From Candidatus Saccharimonadota bacterium (GTDB taxonomy: Bacteria; Patescibacteriota; Microgenomatia; UBA1406; GWC2-37-13), in NCBI GenBank assembly GCA_016700135.1, contig CP065004.1, forward strand, positions 1,080,001 to 1,112,000: a stretch of DNA of 32,000 nucleotides. Reading direction: 5' to 3'. Under the pieces are notes generated by a model, which had not been told where the DNA came from, searched no databases, and saw only the letters and a program-made list of their open reading frames with translations. This document shows positions 26,950 to 32,000 of the stretch, piece by piece. A program made the translations under genes and the position numbers. The first letter of the stretch is position 1; every line of letters starts with the position of its first letter.

Positions 26950-28079
26950 TGTCAAGGGTTTGTATGAGTTCCATACATATGGCACTCTTTAGGTAAAATA
27001 GATAATAGGTAATCCATAGGTGAAATATTGTTCAGGCTTTTGTGAACTCGCTTTGTATTGTACCAGACGAGGTATTCAATAAGGTGACGATTGAATGATC
27101 CGATACCGGTCCACTTGGTATAGATGTAGGGGTTCATAAATTCTTCCTGGAGTGTTCTGTTTGCTCGCTCAATAAAGGCATTGATCTTGGGACATCTGGG
27201 GTAGATAAAGAGGTGTGGGATATTGTTTTCTTCCAGATAGTCATGGAAGTTTCCCAGATACTCGAGGCCGTTATCTGTTTGTATGGTTTTTATACCATCT
27301 TGTATTGGGTATACTAGTTCCAGTCTTCTCATAAAATCAGCACCGTTTCGGCTGTTGAGTTTTGAGTATCCGTAGGAGAACTGGAATTTGAGTTTGATGT
27401 CCACTGCATTGAAGACATACAGCTTGATTCCGTGTACAAACTTCGTGATGGTATCAATCTCAATGTATCCGGTATCTTCCACCTTGGGAGACCGCTTGAC
27501 CTTCTGTCGGTACTTTACTTTCCGTTTTGCAAAGCCACTTGCTGGATTGTGATAGATCCGGTAGGTCTTGCGCTGCAGGTTGTGTCTTTTGATCACTTTT
27601 CCAATGGTTGACTCAGATATAGTTGAAATTCCTTCCTGTAGGCAATACTCATCAAGTAAGGGCTTGATCTTCTCCTTTCCCAAACAAAAGTATTGTTCTC
27701 GAATCTCTTTGATAAAGGATATGACCTTCGGGTGAGTCTCCATACGTCGGGGTGTCTTTGGCTTGGTTGTCTCTGGTATCAGGCTATCCAACTGCCCTTC
27801 TGAATCTCGCCGTCTCTTCCTCCATCGAAACAATGTCCTTCGTGATATCCCATATGCATCAACTGCAGCTTGTATCCCGTACTTCTCTGCAAATGTCAGA
27901 ACATCGTTTCTGATTTGTGCTACATCTGACTGATTGTAGTCTGATAGAGATCGTATCTTTTTCATAAGATCTCTATTGTACTGCCAGTCATAACTCCTAA
28001 TTACTCGAAGCTGATCTCCTCCCCATTTACTCATAGATGTTAGTTCCCTATGAGTGCCATATCTTTCGTAACTTATTCA
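26950..28079 (-). mobile_element. IS481-family-like insertion sequence (boundaries approximate)
   Basis: Single rve-type transposase ORF. Imperfect terminal inverted repeats of about 35 bp: TGTATGAGTTCCATACATATGGCACTCTTTAGG (26961 onward) against the reverse complement of 28045-28079, TGAATAAGTTACGAAAGATATGGCACTCATAGG. The 11-nt core ATATGGCACTC is identical. I found no target duplication. Confidence 0.6.
26952..28034 (-). CDS. IS481/IS3-superfamily DDE transposase (integrase core, rve)
   Basis: N-terminal HTH (GISRRTLFRWRKR). DDE triad context: IEIDTITKF, IQTDNGLEY, INAFIERANRTLQEE. It ends with the YNTKRVHKSL motif typical of rve transposases. Confidence 0.85.
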   Translation of the reverse strand: MSKWGGDQLRVIRSYDWQYNRDLMKKIRSLSDYNQSDVAQIRNDVLTFAEKYGIQAAVDAYGISRRTLFRWRKRRRDSEGQLDSLIPETTKPKTPRRMETHPKVISFIKEIREQYFCLGKEKIKPLLDEYCLQEGISTISESTIGKVIKRHNLQRKTYRIYHNPASGFAKRKVKYRQKVKRSPKVEDTGYIEIDTITKFVHGIKLYVFNAVDIKLKFQFSYGYSKLNSRNGADFMRRLELVYPIQDGIKTIQTDNGLEYLGNFHDYLEENNIPHLFIYPRCPKINAFIERANRTLQEEFMNPYIYTKWTGIGSFNRHLIEYLVWYNTKRVHKSLNNISPMDYLLSILPKECHMYGTHTNP

Positions 28080-28105
28080 ACATTTTGGAGACAATTATAA
28101 AAAAA

Positions 28106-28294
28106 TTAGGGTCCGCCTTCCGAACCGGGGGGTTCACCGTTCTCGCCTACCATGTCTGCAGGTACCTGCAGCGTATTTCCTTCCTGGATAATTTCGGTTT
28201 GCTTTTTTGCTTTTGCAGACTGATTTACGAAATACACAACCGTAATAATGATGGAAACAATGAGAAGCAATATAAGTATATATATACGTTTCAT
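28106..28294 (-). CDS. Small membrane-anchored protein downstream of the pilin gene
   Basis: MKRIYILILLLIVSIIITVVYF contains a TM helix. It lies 18 nt downstream of the pilin stop on the same strand. Confidence 0.45.
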   Translation of the reverse strand: MKRIYILILLLIVSIIITVVYFVNQSAKAKKQTEIIQEGNTLQVPADMVGENGEPPGSEGGP

Positions 28295-28312
28295 AATAAA
28301 TTTAACTGTTAG

Positions 28313-28783
28313 TTAGGGGGCGTCCCAAAAGACAAAATAAAATGAGTCTGTACCTTCCAGACGGGCGCGGATCCATCCGCCGGTATTCGGAGGCGGATTG
28401 TTGGGTTCATAGTAATAATAATATTCAAGACTATTTACAGGATCAATCGGAAGTTCCTCAAGATATCCTCCCGTAACAAGGTCAGTCCAGGTCTGATTTC
28501 TGTCCCATTGATATGTCGGTGCTGTCGGCGGACACGGTCCCGGATCATTTCCGATGCTTGATTGACAATATCCTACTTCAGTTGGTCCCTGATGATGATG
28601 AACTTGATATAGTTTCACCGCTTTGACAAACTCGTTCAAATCAGCTCTACGTTTTGTATCGCGGGCATTTCTCAGGACATTGGTATAGGAACTCGTTCCT
28701 ACAGTAGAAAGAAGAGAAATGATTGAAATGACAATAATCATTTCGATAAGTGTGAATCCTTTGGTGCCTAAGAAGCGTTTCAT
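28313..28783 (-). CDS. Type IV pilin / T2SS pseudopilin-like protein (prepilin N-terminal cleavage/methylation domain)
   Basis: MKRFLGTKG/FTLIEMIIVISIISLL is a class III signal peptide with Gly at -1, Phe at +1 and Glu at +5. The track start at 28906 overlaps ppsA; the ATG at 28783 gives a normal short leader peptide. Confidence 0.8.
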   Translation of the reverse strand: MKRFLGTKGFTLIEMIIVISIISLLSTVGTSSYTNVLRNARDTKRRADLNEFVKAVKLYQVHHHQGPTEVGYCQSSIGNDPGPCPPTAPTYQWDRNQTWTDLVTGGYLEELPIDPVNSLEYYYYYEPNNPPPNTGGWIRARLEGTDSFYFVFWDAP

Positions 28784-28899
28784 ATGAGATACCATCATCG
28801 TATCAATAATGGAGGCACAGGTCAAGCAGGTTTTCATTACATTATTTCCGTCTTCTTTTGCTCTTGATGTTACTTGTAAAAGTTGTGTATATTTAACAT

Positions 28900-31239
28900 A
28901 TGACAAAACGAAAATCTATCGTCTGGTTCGAGGAGGTGGGCAAAGATGATGTCGGCCTAGTCGGCGGCAAGGGTGCCAACCTCGGCGAGATGACAAACGC
29001 TGACCTACCCATCCCGTACGGATTTATAGTTACTTCGAACGCCTATTTTGAATTTATTAAGGGAGCAAATCTTGCTGGCAAGATAAAGCAGATACTCTCT
29101 ATCGTAAACTACGACAATCCTACCGAAATAGAACAGGCATCGGATCATATCGGTGATTTAATTATGAAATCGGAGATGCCGAAAGCGCTGGCAAATGAGA
29201 TCATCGAGCATTATGAAGATTTGAATGAAAAAGAAAAGGAATATTTGGAAAAGAAATCAAGCGTTCTCGATCACACATTGGCAAAAATTAAAGGATTATA
29301 TGAAGAGCCGTTGGTTGCGGTTCGTTCATCTGCTACAGCTGAGGATTTGCCTGATGCATCGTTTGCCGGTCAGCAGGAGACGTATTTGAATGTTAAGGGA
29401 GACACATCACTGCTCCACAAGGTAAAGGAATGCTGGGCGTCTCTTTTTACTGCCCGTGCAATTTATTATCGACAGACCAAAGGATTTGATCATTTCAAGG
29501 TCGGTCTTGCGGCAGTCGTACAGCGTATGGTCCAGTCAGATAAGTCTGGTATTGCGTTCAGCATTGATCCGGTGACCAATGACAAAAAGAAAATCGTCAT
29601 TGAAGCCGTTTTCGGATTGGGAGAATATATTGTGCAGGGAAAAGTAACTCCTGATCATTACGAAGTGGACAAAAATACTCTTGTTATTGTCAAAAAACAG
29701 CAGGCATATCAAAATCTTAAATTCGTCAGATCAGGACGCGGTAATCGTGAGATAAAGCTGAATAAGAAGGACGGAACCGTTCAGAAGCTCAGTGACAATG
29801 AGATACGTGAAGTTGCATTGCTTGTGAAAGATATTGAAGAGCACTATTTCTTTCCGCAGGATATTGAATGGGCAATAGAAAAAGGAAGAGTCTTCATCGT
29901 CCAGTCACGTCCGATTACCACCGTGGAGACCAAAATTAACTCGAATGATGCCCTATCGGGAGCAGGAAAGGACGTATTGCTTTCAGGAGCACCCGCTTCT
30001 CCAGGTATCGGTGTCGGACATGCGAATATAATCATGTCACCGAAAGAGATATCAAAAATCAAAAGCGGAGACATTCTGGTCGCGCCGCAAACAAATCCTG
30101 ATTATGTTCCGGCAATGAAAAAAGCTGCGGCAATTGTCACCGAAAAGGGCGGCAGAACATCCCATGCCGCAATCGTTTCACGCGAATTAGGAATTCCGGC
30201 TGTTGTTGGGGCGGAAGGAGCTACTAAAAAGATTAAGGATGATATGGTCATTTCTGTAAACGGGACGACGGGAGATATCTTCAAAGGAAGTATCGTGACC
30301 AAATCACAGCTTGAGAAGCTCGAAGCAAAAAAGCATGCTGATGAAAAGAAAATAAAAACGATTACAAAAGTGTATACCAATCTTGCAGAGCCTGAGATTG
30401 CAGATGAAACGGCGAAACTTGACGTGGATGGTGTGGGACTTTTGCGGGCAGAGTTTATGATTGCTGAGATCGGGACTCATCCGAGAGAATTTATCAAGCA
30501 AAAACAGCAAAAGCTTTTTGTACGCAAACTGACCTCAGGACTTGAGAAATTTGCAAAAGCATTCAGTCCCCGACCGATTGTCTATCGTGCGACTGATTTC
30601 AAAACAAACGAGTACCGTCATCTGAAAGGAGGATCGTTGTATGAACCGCATGAAGAAAATCCTATGATTGGATACCGCGGCGCTTCCAGATATATTGCCG
30701 ATCCTGAAGTCTTCTCAATGGAACTTGATGCGCTCCAGGCAATTTGGGACAAAGGATATACCAATATTCACCTTATGATACCGTTTGTGCGTGTGCCGTG
30801 GGAGATGGTTCGCATCCGTGAAATTATTCGTGATCACGGACTTTTGAATTATAAAGGATTCAAACTTTGGATGATGGTCGAGGTTCCTGCCGCGGCAATC
30901 ATGCTTCAGGAATTTATTGATCTCGGGATAGACGGAGTATCGATCGGTACAAATGATCTGACAATGATGCTTCTTGGTGTAGATCGCGACAGTGCGGAAG
31001 TCTCAAACATTTATGATGAACGTCATCCGGCTGTCATTTCAATTCTTGAACACATTGTTGAGACCTGTGTTGATGCCGGGATTACCTGTTCAATCTGCGG
31101 GCAGGCCGCATCTGACTATCCTGAGATTGTTGAGTCTCTTGTAAGAAAAGGTATCACATCAGTCTCAGTTAATCCTGACGCTGTTCATCGTACGAGAGTA
31201 TTGATACATGACATCGAAAAGAAAATTCATGGTAAGTGA
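28900..31239 (+). CDS. ppsA: Phosphoenolpyruvate synthase (pyruvate, water dikinase)
   Basis: N-terminal ATP-grasp region VGGKGANLGEM, phosphohistidine domain GGRTSHAAIVSRELGIPAVVG, and a C-terminal PEP-utilising TIM barrel with GTNDLTM. Confidence 0.9.
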   Translation: MTKRKSIVWFEEVGKDDVGLVGGKGANLGEMTNADLPIPYGFIVTSNAYFEFIKGANLAGKIKQILSIVNYDNPTEIEQASDHIGDLIMKSEMPKALANEIIEHYEDLNEKEKEYLEKKSSVLDHTLAKIKGLYEEPLVAVRSSATAEDLPDASFAGQQETYLNVKGDTSLLHKVKECWASLFTARAIYYRQTKGFDHFKVGLAAVVQRMVQSDKSGIAFSIDPVTNDKKKIVIEAVFGLGEYIVQGKVTPDHYEVDKNTLVIVKKQQAYQNLKFVRSGRGNREIKLNKKDGTVQKLSDNEIREVALLVKDIEEHYFFPQDIEWAIEKGRVFIVQSRPITTVETKINSNDALSGAGKDVLLSGAPASPGIGVGHANIIMSPKEISKIKSGDILVAPQTNPDYVPAMKKAAAIVTEKGGRTSHAAIVSRELGIPAVVGAEGATKKIKDDMVISVNGTTGDIFKGSIVTKSQLEKLEAKKHADEKKIKTITKVYTNLAEPEIADETAKLDVDGVGLLRAEFMIAEIGTHPREFIKQKQQKLFVRKLTSGLEKFAKAFSPRPIVYRATDFKTNEYRHLKGGSLYEPHEENPMIGYRGASRYIADPEVFSMELDALQAIWDKGYTNIHLMIPFVRVPWEMVRIREIIRDHGLLNYKGFKLWMMVEVPAAAIMLQEFIDLGIDGVSIGTNDLTMMLLGVDRDSAEVSNIYDERHPAVISILEHIVETCVDAGITCSICGQAASDYPEIVESLVRKGITSVSVNPDAVHRTRVLIHDIEKKIHGK

Positions 31240-31291
31240 TAGACATACTCTTAATCTTTAACAACCGCAGGGGTTGAGGTATACTTACATC

Positions 31292-31870
31292 ATGATCGGA
31301 AAGATAAAAGGTATCGTCTCTGAAATTGATGGTAATATTGCATTGGTAGAGACTGCTTCTGGACTTTTCTACAATGTATTTTTGACAAATGCTCTTCTTT
31401 CTGAATGCATGTCCGGTGATAAGATGGAAGTTTATACGTATCACCATATTCGTGAAGATGTCCAGTCTCTTTTTGGATTTCAAAATAAACAGGAATACAA
31501 GTTGTTTCTTCTTCTGATAAATGTCTCCGGAGTAGGCCCTAAATCAGCATATTCCATCATCTCAAACAGTAAAGTGGACGAGATAGTAGCAGCGGTCCGA
31601 TCAAATGATGCGAAGTACTTTACCCGCATTCCGGGACTTGGAAAAAAAACAGCCTTGAAAATCATGTTGGAACTATCGCAGAAATTTAAGTCTGAGTTTG
31701 TTTTGGAGAATAATTACGTTTCAAAAGAGGATCAGACGATTGTAGATGCTCTGACTTCTCTCGGTTTCGGTGCGACTGAAGCGAAAGAAATTCTTCCAAA
31801 ACTGTCTGATGAACTGTCTGTTGAAGAACAAATTAAAGAAGCAATACGATTACTTAGCAATCCGAACTAA
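31292..31870 (+). CDS. ruvA: Holliday junction DNA helicase subunit RuvA
   Basis: MIGKIKGIVSEIDGNIALVETASGLFYNV is an OB domain. HhH motifs: VSGVGPKSA and IPGLGKKTA. The ATG at 31292 lies 6 nt after TATACT. The track start at 31274 is TTG. Confidence 0.88.
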   Translation: MIGKIKGIVSEIDGNIALVETASGLFYNVFLTNALLSECMSGDKMEVYTYHHIREDVQSLFGFQNKQEYKLFLLLINVSGVGPKSAYSIISNSKVDEIVAAVRSNDAKYFTRIPGLGKKTALKIMLELSQKFKSEFVLENNYVSKEDQTIVDALTSLGFGATEAKEILPKLSDELSVEEQIKEAIRLLSNPN

Positions 31871-31918
31871 TCCTGGCGACCTTAAGCTAGTGGATACATC
31901 CTGTATAATGATACTACT

Positions 31919-32000
31919 ATGGCGAAATTGAATGATTTAGTGAGTTTGCGACCTGAAAGTCTAAGAGACTATGTTGGTCAGCAAAATGTTGTCAAAACAC
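31919..32000 (+). CDS. ruvB: Holliday junction DNA helicase RuvB, N-terminal fragment (continues beyond the window)
   Basis: Hand translation gives MAKLNDLVSLRPESLRDYVGQQNVVKT, matching the RuvB N-terminal RP-x-L-x-[DE]-[YF]-x-GQ pattern. It lies directly downstream of ruvA. Confidence 0.7.
   Translation, partial: MAKLNDLVSLRPESLRDYVGQQNVVKT

Noticed and set aside
28037-28312. A 91-aa plus-strand ORF between the IS481-like element and the pilin gene.
   Set aside because: It begins inside the IS terminal repeat and runs antisense to the small membrane-protein gene that follows the pilin. It has no motif and is judged spurious.

Overview
The window is a compact, roughly 40-45% GC bacterial segment that uses the standard genetic code; long ORFs such as the 779-aa PpsA are intact. 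The gene content suggests a reduced-genome, Patescibacteria/CPR-like organism: a type IV pilin-like gene, a trigger factor without a PPIase domain, a short Obg, many small orphan genes, overlapping convergent genes and almost no terminators. That taxonomic call is an inference only.

Housekeeping genes I recognise:
- MtaB-like radical-SAM methylthiotransferase
- trigger factor
- Obg
- tRNA-dihydrouridine synthase
- phosphomannomutase/phosphoglucomutase
- PfkB-family kinase
- RuvC, RuvA and the start of RuvB
- M24 Xaa-Pro peptidase
- PEP synthase
- CNNM/CBS/CorC membrane protein
- HAD hydrolase
- SAM-dependent methyltransferase

RNA genes are tRNA-Asp(GTC), tRNA-Arg(TCG), tRNA-Lys(CTT), tRNA-Ala(TGC) and one 23S rRNA. 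None of the tRNAs encodes its CCA end.

Accessory and unusual content:
1. A GT9 glycosyltransferase lies directly upstream of a secreted repeat protein that runs off the left edge and is missing from the ORF track.
2. A GIY-YIG nuclease gene is bracketed by inverted palindromic repeats.
3. A 715-bp IS1595-type element has perfect 15-bp terminal inverted repeats and a 7-bp target duplication, and it clips the 3' end of an orphan gene.
4. An IS481-type element lies on the other side of the 23S rRNA.
5. The tRNA-Ala-23S unit has its own promoter and terminator but no 16S or 5S.
6. Two orphan two-gene cassettes have canonical promoters.
7. Across the window, a -10 hexamer sits 5-10 nt upstream of the ATG (13 nt in one case), implying mostly leaderless mRNAs. 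This relocates several ORF-track start codons.

I saw no CRISPR array, rRNA intron or recognisable defence system. All coordinates were derived by hand, and RNA and IS boundaries are approximate to a few nt.
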